A DNA stretch of 64,000 nucleotides from an uncultured Olegusella sp. (GCF_947253395.1 NZ_CAMXYY010000002.1:2131-66130); one strand, 5' to 3'; positions 49,194 to 59,718 are shown, numbered from the stretch's first letter. Notes: generated from the sequence alone by a model not told the origin. Program-made: numbers and translations.

Positions 49194-51923
49194 ATGGCTG
49201 AAAAGCACGTTTACCGGTTCGGTTTTGACGAAAACGGTAAGAATGTGACTGAGGTCGCAGGCGAGACCGTTAACAAGGCAAAATGGATTACAGGTGGCAA
49301 GGGTGCAAACCTTGCCGAGATGGCCAATATCGGTCTTCCTGTTCCTCCAGGATTTTCTATTACCTGCCAGACTTGTGTTGAGTATTCTGGCGCTGGCAAT
49401 GTTTGGCCTGAAGGTGTACTCGACGAGATTGATGAGTACCGCAAGGATCTCGAGAAGCGTATGGGCAAAAAGCTCGGTGACGCAGAGGATCCTCTGTTGG
49501 TATCTGTTCGCTCCGGTGCTCCTTTCTCCATGCCTGGCATGATGGATACGGTCCTGAACCTTGGTCTGAATGATGACTCTGTTCAGGGTCTTATCAAGCA
49601 GACTGACAATCCCCGTTTTGCTTACGACTCCTACCGCCGTTTTGTTCAAATGTTCTCTGATGTAGTTATGGGTGTTTCTGGTCAGCTTTTCGAGGATGCC
49701 ATCAACGCCAAGAAGGCCGAGAAGGGCGTTAAGCTTGATACTGAGCTCGATGCTGATGACCTTAAAGATCTTGTTGCTACGTTCAAGCAGATTTTTGCTG
49801 ATAACGTTGATGTCGAGAAGTATCCTGAGGTTGAACTTGACGGCAAGGCTGTCTTCCCCCACGATCCCATCCTGCAGCTCCGTCTTGCCGAGCAGGCAGT
49901 CTTTGGTTCTTGGAATACCGAGCGCGCCATCCTTTACCGTAAGCAGAACAAGATTCCTGATGAGCTTGGTACTGCTGTCAACGTGCAGGTAATGGCCTTT
50001 GGTAACAAGGGCAACACCTCTGCTACTGGCGTTGCATTTACCCGCAATCCTGCTGATGGTACCAATGAGCGTTACGGTGACTTCCTCGTCAATGCTCAGG
50101 GCGAGGATGTTGTTGCTGGTATTCGCAACACTGAGCCCATTGCTGACCTTCCTCATGTCCCCGGTCTTGAGGAGGCAGGTAAGGAGCTCTTCCGCGTCTT
50201 TGAGATTCTTGAGGACCACTACGCTGACATGATGGACCTCGAGTTCACCATTGAGCAGGGCAAGCTTTGGATGCTGCAGACTCGTGTTGGCAAGCGTACC
50301 GCTTTGTCTGCACTTCGTGTCGCTATCCAGATGGTTGAAGAGGGTCGTATCGACAAGAAGACCGCTGTGTCTCGCGTTGCTCCCGATCAGCTTGATCAGC
50401 TGCTCCATCCTCAGTTTGACTCCAAGGCAAAATATGATGTCGTAGCTAAGGGTATGAATGCTTCTCCTGGTGCAGCTGTGGGTGCTGTCGTCTTCTCCTC
50501 TGCTGACGCTGTTGCTTATCAAGAGGCTGGCAAGCCCTGTGTTCTCGTTCGCTGGGAGACCACTCCCGATGACCTTGCTGGCATGGTTGCTGCCGAGGGT
50601 ATCTTGACCTCTCATGGTGGCAAGACCTCTCACGCAGCAGTTATTGCTCGTGGTATGGGTGCACCCTGCGTATGCGGTTGCGAGTCTCTCCATATTGATG
50701 TCGCCAAGAAGGAAGCTAGCATTGCTGGTACCGACATTGTTTTGAAGGAAGGCGACATCATCTCCATCGATGGCTCTACGGGTAACATCATCCTTGGTGC
50801 CGTGGATTTGGTTCGTCCCGAGCTCGCTGGTGACCTCGGTACCATTCTTGAGTGGGCTGACGAGATTTCTAACGATGAGTCTCTTGGTCGCGTTTTCCAG
50901 GTTCGCGCCAATGCTGACAACCCTGCTGACGCAAAGCTCTCCCGTGAGTTTGGTGCAACTGGTATTGGTCTTGACCGTACTGAGCACATGTTCTTGGGTG
51001 ATCGCAAGCAGCTTATCCAGTCCTTTATTCTTGCTGAGGATCAGGCAACCAAGGACGAGGCTATTGCCAAGCTGTATGAGGCTCAGATTGGTGACTTCTA
51101 CGAGATGTTCAAGGCCATGGATGGTCTACCTGTCATCGTGCGTCTACTTGATCCTCCTCTGCATGAGTTCTTGGAGTCCCCGCGTGCACTTGAGGTTTCT
51201 CTCGCACGCGCCGAGGCAAAGGGTGAGGATATCAGCGAGGGCAAGGCTCTCCTCAAGAAGCTCGACAGCTATCAGGAAGCCAACCCCATGCTTGGTTTGC
51301 GTGGTTGCCGTTTGGGCATCGTCTATCCTGAGCTCAATGATATGCAGACCCGTGCCATCGCTACCGCTATGGCTCAGCTCAAGAAGGAGGGTCTCGATCC
51401 TCAGCCTGAGATCATGATTCCTCTTGTCTCTCTTGAGACCGAGATTGAGCAGGTTCGCGCTCAGGTCGAAGCTCAGATCAAGGCTGTGTGCGAGGCAGAG
51501 GGTGTCGAGCTCTCCATCCCCATTGGCACCATGATTGAGATTCCTCGCGCTGCTGTCATCGCTGATGAAATTGCAAAGCATGCCGATTTCTTCTCCTTCG
51601 GTACCAATGACCTCACTCAGATGGGCTTTGGCTTCTCTCGTGATGACGTTGAGTCTGCGTTTGTTCCTCAGTATCTTGACCGTAAGATTCTCAAGGCTAA
51701 CCCCTTCGAGACTCTCGATCCTGGCATCGCTAAGCTCGTTAAGCTTGGTGTTGAGGGTGGTCATGAGGGCAATCCTGGCATTGTTTGTGGTGTCTGCGGC
51801 GAGACCGGTGGTGACCCCGAGTCTATTCACATGTACTACAAGCTCGGCCTCGACTATGTGTCCTGCTCGCCTTATCGTGTGCCTATTGCACGCCTTGCAG
51901 CAGCACAGGCCAAGCTCGACTAG
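49194..51923 (+). CDS. ppdK: Pyruvate, phosphate dikinase
   Basis: GGKGANL, SVRSGA, GKTSHAA (Thr/His), LGLRGCR and SFGTNDLTQ motifs; RBS AAGGAG. Confidence 0.97.
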   Translation: MAEKHVYRFGFDENGKNVTEVAGETVNKAKWITGGKGANLAEMANIGLPVPPGFSITCQTCVEYSGAGNVWPEGVLDEIDEYRKDLEKRMGKKLGDAEDPLLVSVRSGAPFSMPGMMDTVLNLGLNDDSVQGLIKQTDNPRFAYDSYRRFVQMFSDVVMGVSGQLFEDAINAKKAEKGVKLDTELDADDLKDLVATFKQIFADNVDVEKYPEVELDGKAVFPHDPILQLRLAEQAVFGSWNTERAILYRKQNKIPDELGTAVNVQVMAFGNKGNTSATGVAFTRNPADGTNERYGDFLVNAQGEDVVAGIRNTEPIADLPHVPGLEEAGKELFRVFEILEDHYADMMDLEFTIEQGKLWMLQTRVGKRTALSALRVAIQMVEEGRIDKKTAVSRVAPDQLDQLLHPQFDSKAKYDVVAKGMNASPGAAVGAVVFSSADAVAYQEAGKPCVLVRWETTPDDLAGMVAAEGILTSHGGKTSHAAVIARGMGAPCVCGCESLHIDVAKKEASIAGTDIVLKEGDIISIDGSTGNIILGAVDLVRPELAGDLGTILEWADEISNDESLGRVFQVRANADNPADAKLSREFGATGIGLDRTEHMFLGDRKQLIQSFILAEDQATKDEAIAKLYEAQIGDFYEMFKAMDGLPVIVRLLDPPLHEFLESPRALEVSLARAEAKGEDISEGKALLKKLDSYQEANPMLGLRGCRLGIVYPELNDMQTRAIATAMAQLKKEGLDPQPEIMIPLVSLETEIEQVRAQVEAQIKAVCEAEGVELSIPIGTMIEIPRAAVIADEIAKHADFFSFGTNDLTQMGFGFSRDDVESAFVPQYLDRKILKANPFETLDPGIAKLVKLGVEGGHEGNPGIVCGVCGETGGDPESIHMYYKLGLDYVSCSPYRVPIARLAAAQAKLD

Positions 51924-51949
51924 TTTGATTTTTGCATCAAGCTGATTTT

Positions 51950-51978
51950 GAGAGGAGCCTCTCGGGGCTCCTCTTTTT
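51950..51978 (+). terminator. Intrinsic terminator after ppdK
   Basis: AGAGGAGCCT...GGGCTCCTCT followed by a T run. Confidence 0.85.
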
Positions 51979-52134
51979 GTGAAATTGCACGTAACTTATG
52001 TGATACGGTCGACAAAACCCTTATTAGTACTTGTAAGGGACTTGATAAACGCTTAGAATGACCGACGGTGTGTAAACATGCCATGTGCCGTGCTTGAGTT
52101 GGCGGCACCTCTGGACGAGAGATGAGGAAGTTTC

Positions 52135-52479
52135 ATGGACTACATCAAGGCGATTGAGCGTCAGCAGATTCGTGAGGATATCCCCACAGTCATCGTTGGC
52201 GATAACGTCAAGGTATACTACCGCATTAAGGAAGGCGAGCGCGAGCGTCTGCAGGTCTTCCAGGGTGATGTTATCCGCATTAGTGGCGAAGGTGCTCGCG
52301 AGACCTTTACGGTTCGTAAACTGAGCTTTGGCATTGGTGTTGAACGTACATTCCCCATGCATTCTCCCAAGATTGCAAAGCTCGAAGTTGTTCGTCATGG
52401 TCAGGTGCACCGTGCAAAGCTGTACTACCTCCGCGATCGCGTGGGCAAGGCTGCTCGTCTTCGCGAGAAGCGTATTTAG
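52135..52479 (+). CDS. rplS: 50S ribosomal protein L19
   Basis: [18 protein letters not shown] and RAKLYYLR. Confidence 0.97.
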   Translation: MDYIKAIERQQIREDIPTVIVGDNVKVYYRIKEGERERLQVFQGDVIRISGEGARETFTVRKLSFGIGVERTFPMHSPKIAKLEVVRHGQVHRAKLYYLRDRVGKAARLREKRI

Positions 52480-52504
52480 TTTTAGTGCAACAAAAAGAGT
52501 GTTT

Positions 52505-52530
52505 AAGCCGTCCCTTGGGGCGGCTTTTTT
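52505..52530 (+). terminator. Intrinsic terminator after rplS
   Basis: AAGCCGTCC...GGGCGGCTT followed by a T run. Confidence 0.8.
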
Positions 52531-52587
52531 ATGGTACAGACTCGCTGTGTGCTACATTTTATTTGGACAAAACAAGGGAGGATGTTT

Positions 52588-53367
52588 GTGGAGCATGCTG
52601 CGACAGCACGGGAGATTGCAGGGCTTTTTAAAACTGCCTCTCATGATGAACTAGACAACTTGATTTCTCGCTACGCAGAAGATCCGCGGGCGCAGGTGCA
52701 GCAGGCGCTAAAAAGTGCACGTAAACGTCAGGAACATTTCTTGCAGGAGCGTAGTCGTGTGCACGAGATGTATCTCTTGCAGAAAGAACTTGGTGGTTCA
52801 GGCATCATTGTAGGTGTAGATGAGGTGGGTAGAGGTGCAATAGCAGGGCCTTTGACAGTTGCCGCGGTGGTATTGCCAGATGAGCCAGAGATTTTGGGTG
52901 TCAATGACTCCAAACAATTAAGTCCCCAGCAGAGAAGCGAGCTTGCTTTACGAATTCAGACCATAGCAGTTTCTATAGGTATTTCTCATATACCTGCTGA
53001 GCTAATCGATAAGCAGGGTATGGCAGCTTCGCTTAGACAAGCAATGAGCGAAGCTATTGTTGATACAGGGATCAAACCAGACTCTGTTTTGATTGATGGA
53101 AATCCCGTTCATGCTCATCCCAAGGAACGAACAATCGTTAAAGGTGATGCAAAGATTGCCGCAATTGCTGCAGCTTCGATTGTTGCCAAAGTGACACGAG
53201 ATCAACTGATGGTCGAGTATGGCAAAAGTTATCCTGAATACCACTTTGCTTCTTGTAAAGGCTATGGTTCTGCAGAACATATTGCAGCAATTAAGCAATT
53301 TGGACTCACACCTCTCCATCGTGTAAGTTTTTGCAGCAACTTTGTGGAAATGCCATCGCTTTTTTAA
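52588..53367 (+). CDS. rnhB: Ribonuclease HII
   Basis: GVDEVGRG, DSK, KGD and ASIVAKV.RD motifs. Confidence 0.94.
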   Translation: MEHAATAREIAGLFKTASHDELDNLISRYAEDPRAQVQQALKSARKRQEHFLQERSRVHEMYLLQKELGGSGIIVGVDEVGRGAIAGPLTVAAVVLPDEPEILGVNDSKQLSPQQRSELALRIQTIAVSIGISHIPAELIDKQGMAASLRQAMSEAIVDTGIKPDSVLIDGNPVHAHPKERTIVKGDAKIAAIAAASIVAKVTRDQLMVEYGKSYPEYHFASCKGYGSAEHIAAIKQFGLTPLHRVSFCSNFVEMPSLF

Positions 53368-53541
53368 GAATATTTTTGTGCCAATCTTTTGTGATTCTTG
53401 TCAGTTGAACTATTGCTGCTGGACAGCCTTGTTATGCAGCTGCGATTGCAAGACTGCTTGTAGCTGAAGGTCAGATTAACAACAAGCAAAATCCAAGTTG
53501 CTTTCTTCAAAGTCTTGTGAGAGACCGAGAAGGGAGAAATT

Positions 53542-53955
53542 TTGGAAGCAGTAGAGCGTGAAAAACCAATTGCAGAGTTGACTTCAAAAGAGCTAGGTCA
53601 TCTAGGTGAGTGCTTAGCCTGTCGCTATTTGGAAAATACTATTGGCCTAAAAATTGTAGAGCGTAATTGGATTTGTTCTGCCGGAGAGGCAGATATCGTT
53701 GCGATTGATGACAAGCAGCATATTCATCTCGTTGAGGTAAAAACACGCTACACAACCAAGGAAGCTTCAGCGATATATCCTGAAGAAGCCGTGAGTCAAG
53801 CCAAACAACGTCGCTATCGCAATATTGCACTGATGTATATCAGTGCTCATTCTCTTGAGACACAGGTGTATTTTAGTGTGCTTGCGCTCAACGTCTATGG
53901 TCAGCACAATGCCCATGTACGCTACATTCCCCATGCCTATGTGTGGGATGAATAA
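53542..53955 (+). CDS. yraN: YraN-family PD-(D/E)xK nuclease
   Basis: LG..GE, ERNW, GEADIVA and VEVKTR motifs. Confidence 0.88.
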   Translation: MEAVEREKPIAELTSKELGHLGECLACRYLENTIGLKIVERNWICSAGEADIVAIDDKQHIHLVEVKTRYTTKEASAIYPEEAVSQAKQRRYRNIALMYISAHSLETQVYFSVLALNVYGQHNAHVRYIPHAYVWDE

Positions 53956-55450
53956 CATGACAACACAGTCTCGATTTGCAGTACATACAGCGGTTATTAG
54001 AGGAGTCGAGGCTCTTCCTGTAACCGTAGAAGTATCTCTTGCTGCGGGAATTCCTGGGATGACCATTGTTGGTATGCCTGATTCTGCAGTCTTGGAAGCG
54101 CGGCCACGCGTGCGCTGTGCTTGTAAGGCAGCTTCCTATGATTTGCCACGACTCCATATCACGGTCAATCTTGCTCCAGGAGAGCTTAAAAAGCGGGGGA
54201 GTGGTTTGGATTTACCTATAGCGGTAGCCACTCTCGCTGCTACCGGACAAATTCCCCATAGAGATTTAGATCGCTGCCTTTTTGTAGGGGAACTTGCCTT
54301 GGATGGTGGAGTAGCTGCTGTGCGCGGAATGGTTGCTTATGCGCTTCTTGCCGATGAAATGGGTTTGGAGTTGATAACGGGGGCAGGAGAGGCTTTGCCC
54401 GCAAACTTAGCATCACATATGAAGCTGCTTACAAGTTTGAGCCAGCTTAAACAGGGGGTAGATCGACTCGCTTATGACAAGCAAACTCAATTTTTGGAAA
54501 TTTCAAAGCAGCCATATAGTCTTGATTTTGCCGATGTTATAGACCAAGAGATAGCTAAACGTGCTTTTTGCTTGGCTGCTGCAGGTGGTCATGGCTTACT
54601 TATGGTGGGTCCTCCTGGAGCAGGAAAGACCATGCTTGCCAAGCGGCTACCCACCATACTCCCAAGCTTAGCTGCGGAAGAACAGACAGAGGTGCTGCTT
54701 ATTCACTCCTTGGCAGGAGAACCCCTTGCTGAGGGTTTTCAAATGATTCGTCCTTTTAGGTCGCCTCATCATTCTATTTCATATGCAGGAATGGTGGGTG
54801 GTGGCAGGCCTGTTATGCCCGGTGAGGTATCGTTGGCCCATCATGGGATTTTGTTTTTGGACGAGCTCCCAGAATTTGCTCCAGCTACGCTGCAAGCCTT
54901 ACGCCAGCCCCTTGAAGATAAAGAAGTGCGTATTGTTCGCGTAGATGGCATTTATAAATTTCCCTGCGCCTTTCAATTAGTTGCTGCAGCCAATCCCTGT
55001 CCTTGTGGTTATTTGGGTGATGTAGGGCATGTATGTACCTGTAGTCCTGGACAGGTCACTCGCTACCAAGGACGTATTGGCGGACCTTTAATGGATCGTA
55101 TCGATTTGCAGGTTACTGTGACACGACCTAAGGAATCACGAGTTATTCAAGGGGAGCTAGGTACAAGTTCTACTCAGATGAAAGAGCTTGTCTGTCAAGC
55201 TCGCGAGTTTTGCGCATGGAGGATTGCGCATAACGAAAAAAGGCAGACAACTAGCCTTGCTGAAATTGCCGCACTTGATCTTCAAGCTCAAAACACCTTG
55301 GAAGATATTGCTCGAAGAAAATCCTTTGGAGGCAGAGCTATTTCACGAGTTGTAAGAGTAGCACGGACAATTGCAGATTTGGATTGTCGGGACGAAGTAA
55401 ATAGTACTGACATTATCGAAGCATGCTCGTATCGAACAATGAGTTCATAG
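53948..55450 (+). CDS. comM: YifB/ComM Mg-chelatase-like AAA+ ATPase
   Basis: NLAPG, GPPGAGKT, FLDELPEF, NPCPCG and DRID motifs. Confidence 0.92.
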   Translation: MNNMTTQSRFAVHTAVIRGVEALPVTVEVSLAAGIPGMTIVGMPDSAVLEARPRVRCACKAASYDLPRLHITVNLAPGELKKRGSGLDLPIAVATLAATGQIPHRDLDRCLFVGELALDGGVAAVRGMVAYALLADEMGLELITGAGEALPANLASHMKLLTSLSQLKQGVDRLAYDKQTQFLEISKQPYSLDFADVIDQEIAKRAFCLAAAGGHGLLMVGPPGAGKTMLAKRLPTILPSLAAEEQTEVLLIHSLAGEPLAEGFQMIRPFRSPHHSISYAGMVGGGRPVMPGEVSLAHHGILFLDELPEFAPATLQALRQPLEDKEVRIVRVDGIYKFPCAFQLVAAANPCPCGYLGDVGHVCTCSPGQVTRYQGRIGGPLMDRIDLQVTVTRPKESRVIQGELGTSSTQMKELVCQAREFCAWRIAHNEKRQTTSLAEIAALDLQAQNTLEDIARRKSFGGRAISRVVRVARTIADLDCRDEVNSTDIIEACSYRTMSS

Positions 55451-55462
55451 AGAGGCAAAGGT

Positions 55463-56371
55463 ATGTATACAAGTCATGAATTGCACTTAGGAGATGAAGC
55501 ATATCCCGCAGAATTACAATTATTAGAAAAGCCACCAGATCCTCTTTATGTCTATGGTGACCTCGATGTATTAGCAGAGCGAAAACTCTCTGTTGTGGGT
55601 GCACGACAGGCAACTCCATATGGTATTGCAGCTTCGCGCATGGCAGGACGTGTTGCCGCTGAGTGCGGGCTTTGCGTGGTTTCTGGCGGTGCACGTGGTT
55701 GCGATAGCGCTGCAGCGCGTGCGGCTCTTGCTGCAGGTGGAAAGACCATAGTGATCTGTGGCACTGGTGCCGATCTTGTGTATCCAGACAGCTCGCGCGA
55801 TGTCTTTGAGAAAGCCTTAGCCCAAGGCGGTGCGATAGTTTCTATGGAGCGCTGGGGTCAACCTCCCAAACGTTGGGCTTTTCCTAAACGCAATCAGCTT
55901 ATTGCAGCTTTAGGTGAGGTGTTGTTTGTGTGTGAGGCAGGTATCCGATCGGGGACTACGAGTACAGCTGAAGTTGCGACAAGTCTGGGACGAAGAGTTT
56001 ATGCAGTACCTGGCTCAATTTTTTCGCCTCAATCAGTTGGTACAAATCGACTTATCGCTGATGGTGCTGCCATGGTATGCAGTGAGCAAGATTTAGAAGC
56101 CATGATTTCTCTTGATTTTGGCTGCCTCCGCGCTTGGACTGGACAAATTCCTGCGGAGGAGGGAAGAGTGCTGTCTGCTCTCATTGCATCTGCTACGCGA
56201 CCTGATGAACTGGCTTTAACTTTGGGTATGGATCCCCTCACGCTTTTGCGGACACTTTCTGAGTATGAAACCAAAAATATTGTTGAGCGACTTCCTGATG
56301 GTCGCTATGCTCCTACTGCTGACTATTTGAATACACGCGCTAGAATTAGACAAAATACAGCTCACCCCTGA
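55463..56371 (+). CDS. dprA: DNA-processing protein DprA
   Basis: VVGAR, VSGGARGCD, FPKRN and VYAVPG motifs; C-terminal winged helix. Confidence 0.92.
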   Translation: MYTSHELHLGDEAYPAELQLLEKPPDPLYVYGDLDVLAERKLSVVGARQATPYGIAASRMAGRVAAECGLCVVSGGARGCDSAAARAALAAGGKTIVICGTGADLVYPDSSRDVFEKALAQGGAIVSMERWGQPPKRWAFPKRNQLIAALGEVLFVCEAGIRSGTTSTAEVATSLGRRVYAVPGSIFSPQSVGTNRLIADGAAMVCSEQDLEAMISLDFGCLRAWTGQIPAEEGRVLSALIASATRPDELALTLGMDPLTLLRTLSEYETKNIVERLPDGRYAPTADYLNTRARIRQNTAHP

Positions 56372-56410
56372 TTGTTTTTCGATGAACATTCTTTGATTGG
56401 TTGATTTTCT

Positions 56411-57790
56411 ATGGCAGTAGTTGTTGTTGGCGGAGGTCTTGCAGGTAGCGAGTGTGCGTTGACGCTTGCGCGTCGTGGCATTGCTGTGAGGCTTTATGAG
56501 ATGCGTCCTCACGTGGCATCTCCTGCACACAAGACGTCAGATTTTGCTGAGCTTGTCTGTTCCAACTCTCTTAAATCTCTTCGTGCTGATAGTGCGGCGG
56601 GATTGCTCAAACGTGAACTCGTACTCATGGGTTCTGCCTTAATTGAGCTTGCCTTTAAGGCAAGCGTGCCAGCAGGTGGTGCGCTTGCAGTGGATAGGGA
56701 GCAATTCTCGCAGTTAGTCAATGCTGCTATTGAAGCTGAACCTCTTATTGAAGTTGTTCGCAAAGAAGTAACAGATCTTCCGAAGGGCTATGCAGTAATT
56801 GCTGCAGGTCCTCTTTGCTCACCGTCACTTTTTGAGGCACTTTCAAAAAAACTGGGGGCAAGTCGTATGTCGTTTTATGATGCGGCCGCTCCTATTGTTG
56901 ATGCGGAGTCTCTTGATAAAGAAATAATTTTTAGTCAGTCACGCTATGAAGAAACAGGCAGTGGTGATTATCTCAACTGTCCTTTAAACAAACAAGAATA
57001 CGAGCAGCTTGTAGGAGAACTCATCTCAGCCAAACGTGTGATTGCGCGCGATTTTGAACAAAAAGACCTCTTTAGTGCCTGCCAGCCTGTTGAGGAAGTG
57101 GCTCGTAGTGGTATTGACTCTTTGAGGTTTGGAGCGCTTAAACCTGTAGGTTTGACTGATCCTCGCACAGGCCATCGCCCTTGGGCAGCAGTTCAGCTGC
57201 GTGCGGAGAATATCAATAAAACTGCTTACAACCTTGTTGGTTTTCAGACCAACCTTAATTGGTCCGAGCAAAAACGAATATTTCGTCTTATACCAGGTCT
57301 AGAGCATGCAGAGTTTTTCCGCTATGGCGTTATGCATAGAAATAGTTTTGTGGACAGCCCACACGTGCTGAAGCGCGGTTTTTGTATACCTGGAACCCAC
57401 ATTCGTCTTGCAGGGCAGATTACGGGTACCGAGGGCTATACCGAGGCTATTGCTTCGGGTCTGTTTGCAGCACTTAACACCTATACAGCCCTTAAAGGCC
57501 TTGCAGCTCCAGAGTTGCCACCAACCGCCGCATTTGGTTCGTTGGTGCACTATGCTTCAGATCCTTTTTGCACTGATTATCAGCCCATGCATGTTAATTT
57601 TGGCATCGTAGCTCCCTTAGATGGTCCGCGTCTCAAAAAGAAAGAACGCTATGCTGCATATGCCAAACGTGCAAAAAAAGATATGGAAGTCTTTGTACAA
57701 AATCGACAAGACCTTTTTGCTAACTATGCAGGTGCATGGCCAGATGCAAACTGGGAAAATGCCTTTTTGGAAGGTCATGAGAACGCATGA
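56411..57790 (+). CDS. trmFO: Folate-dependent tRNA m5U54 methyltransferase
   Basis: GGGLAGSE, ELVCSNS, YGVMHRN and AGQITGTEGY motifs. Confidence 0.95.
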   Translation: MAVVVVGGGLAGSECALTLARRGIAVRLYEMRPHVASPAHKTSDFAELVCSNSLKSLRADSAAGLLKRELVLMGSALIELAFKASVPAGGALAVDREQFSQLVNAAIEAEPLIEVVRKEVTDLPKGYAVIAAGPLCSPSLFEALSKKLGASRMSFYDAAAPIVDAESLDKEIIFSQSRYEETGSGDYLNCPLNKQEYEQLVGELISAKRVIARDFEQKDLFSACQPVEEVARSGIDSLRFGALKPVGLTDPRTGHRPWAAVQLRAENINKTAYNLVGFQTNLNWSEQKRIFRLIPGLEHAEFFRYGVMHRNSFVDSPHVLKRGFCIPGTHIRLAGQITGTEGYTEAIASGLFAALNTYTALKGLAAPELPPTAAFGSLVHYASDPFCTDYQPMHVNFGIVAPLDGPRLKKKERYAAYAKRAKKDMEVFVQNRQDLFANYAGAWPDANWENAFLEGHENA

Positions 57791-58737
57791 ATGAAATAGA
57801 TGTTCAGAAAGAACAGCTACAACAGCAAGATTTTTCAGTATTGGTCAAGCAGTACCTGGCCTATCTTAAAGACATCCGCAATCTTTCTGTCCATACACTA
57901 CGTGCTTATCAAGGTGATTTGGAAGCATATGGTGCTTGGCTTCAGCGTCAGCAAATTGATGGACTTGATGTCTCTCACCGTCAAATTCGTTCTTGGCTTG
58001 CCGAGCAGGTACGTGCGCGCTATGCCTCATCTACCATTGACCGGAGATTATCTGCTATCCGTGATATGTATCGTTGGCTTGTAAGAGAGGGTTTTACTGA
58101 AAAAGATTGTGCTGCAGCTGTTGCTAGTCCAAAAAGAGCAAAGACTTTGCCTCATACACTTGATGTTGCTTCAGTAGAAAAACTTCTTGATGCTTGTGAT
58201 CTCAGCAGTAGTGAAGGAATACGTGATCGTGCTTATTTAGAACTCTTAGCGGCAACAGGGGGACGTATCTCAGAAATATCTGCCCTCAATTTATCCGACA
58301 TTGATTTGGATCTAAAACAAGCTCGTCTTTTTGGAAAAGGTTCTAAGGAACGTATTGTTCCACTTTATCCTGAAGCGATTACGCGCTTGCTTGACTATTA
58401 TCAAGCCGCGCGTCCCGCGCTGTTAGCAAAGGCGAAAGTACAAAACGATACTGATAAGCAAGCGGTATTTATCTCTACACGTGGCAAGCGTATGAGTGCA
58501 GATGCGTTGAGGATGCGTTTTTCGCACTATATCAAGCTGGCAGGTCTTGATGCTTCACTTACGCCTCATGCTATGCGCCATTCATATGCTACAGAACTGC
58601 TTTCGGGGGGCGCCGATATACGTTCTGTTCAAGAACTTTTGGGGCATGCTGATCTTTCCACGACTCAAATTTATACACACCTTTCGATAGACCGGCTTAA
58701 AGAAGCAGCTCGTCAGGCACATCCAAGAGCAGAGTAA
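57787..58737 (+). CDS. xerC: Tyrosine recombinase, XerC/XerD family
   Basis: RISE, GKGSKER, HAMRHS, LGH and TQIY catalytic set; follows trmFO. Confidence 0.88.
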   Translation: MNEIDVQKEQLQQQDFSVLVKQYLAYLKDIRNLSVHTLRAYQGDLEAYGAWLQRQQIDGLDVSHRQIRSWLAEQVRARYASSTIDRRLSAIRDMYRWLVREGFTEKDCAAAVASPKRAKTLPHTLDVASVEKLLDACDLSSSEGIRDRAYLELLAATGGRISEISALNLSDIDLDLKQARLFGKGSKERIVPLYPEAITRLLDYYQAARPALLAKAKVQNDTDKQAVFISTRGKRMSADALRMRFSHYIKLAGLDASLTPHAMRHSYATELLSGGADIRSVQELLGHADLSTTQIYTHLSIDRLKEAARQAHPRAE

Positions 58738-58846
58738 TTGCGGATTTGCGCGCATTGTGATGGCAAAATTGCTCTCGATACGAGCTTGGTGCTGCTTGGA
58801 TAAGCTGTTATACTGTCTAATTGCTGTGCGTCCGCACAGTATATTT

Positions 58847-58925
58847 CACACGCGTGGCCACCCAAAAGCCATGGTGCCTAGGCTTAAGCCATAACCTAGG
58901 TGGTTTAAGGGGATGACACCACGCG
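58847..58925 (+). promoter_or_regulatory. Structured rpsB 5' leader (probable S2 autoregulatory element)
   Basis: CGCGTGG (58851-57) pairs with CCACGCG (58919-25), with inner AAGCCAT/GTGGTTT and CCTAGG/CCTAGG helices; extended -10 TGTTATACT upstream. Confidence 0.65.
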
Positions 58926-58950
58926 GAGGATCAACCAATGGAGGTTAAAG

Positions 58951-59718
58951 ATGGCTAAGATTACTATTCAGACTTTGCTCGATGCAGGTTGCCACTATGG
59001 TCACCAGACCCGCCGCTGGAACCCAAAGATGAAGCCTTATATCTTTGGTGAGCGCAATGGCATCTACATTCTTGATCTCAAGCAAACCCTTTTTGACGCT
59101 GACAAAGCCTATACCTTCCTTAAGGAGACTGCTGCTAAGGGTGGCAATGTTTTGTTTGTCGGTACCAAAAAACAGGCTCAGGAGCCTATTTCTACTCAAG
59201 CTGCTCGTGCTGGTATGCCCTACATTAATCAGCGCTGGCTTGGTGGTATGCTCACCAACTTTGTGACCATGCGTTCTCGTATTGATCGCATGGAACAGCT
59301 CGAGGCCATGGTAGAGACTGGCGACATGGCTCGTCGTGGCAAGAAAGAGCAGGCTGTGCTTACCAAGGAGCTCGAGAAACTGCAGCGTAACCTTGGTGGC
59401 GTTCGTGACATGCGCGCTCTGCCTCAGGCACTCTTTGTTGTTGATACCAAGCGCGAGGAGATTGCCATCAAGGAGGCTAACCGTCTTCACATCCCCGTTG
59501 TTGGTCTTCTTGATACCAACTCTGATCCTGATGTGATTGATTACGGCATTCCTGCAAACGATGATGCTATTCGTTCCGTTGATTTGATGTGCCAGCTTGC
59601 TGCCGATGCAGTTCTTGCTGGTTCTGGCAAGGAGCAAATGACTGCTGCTGAGATGGCAGGCGAAGATGCCGCCTCCATTGAGGCTGAAATGGCTACCGAA
59701 GCTCCTGCCGCAGAGTAA
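58951..59718 (+). CDS. rpsB: 30S ribosomal protein S2
   Basis: [20 protein letters not shown] and PANDDAIRS motifs. Confidence 0.98.
   Translation: MAKITIQTLLDAGCHYGHQTRRWNPKMKPYIFGERNGIYILDLKQTLFDADKAYTFLKETAAKGGNVLFVGTKKQAQEPISTQAARAGMPYINQRWLGGMLTNFVTMRSRIDRMEQLEAMVETGDMARRGKKEQAVLTKELEKLQRNLGGVRDMRALPQALFVVDTKREEIAIKEANRLHIPVVGLLDTNSDPDVIDYGIPANDDAIRSVDLMCQLAADAVLAGSGKEQMTAAEMAGEDAASIEAEMATEAPAAE

Noticed and set aside
57787..58737. Tyrosine recombinase as a phage or island integrase
   Set aside because: About 316 aa, in the housekeeping trmFO-xerC position, with no cargo or att sites.
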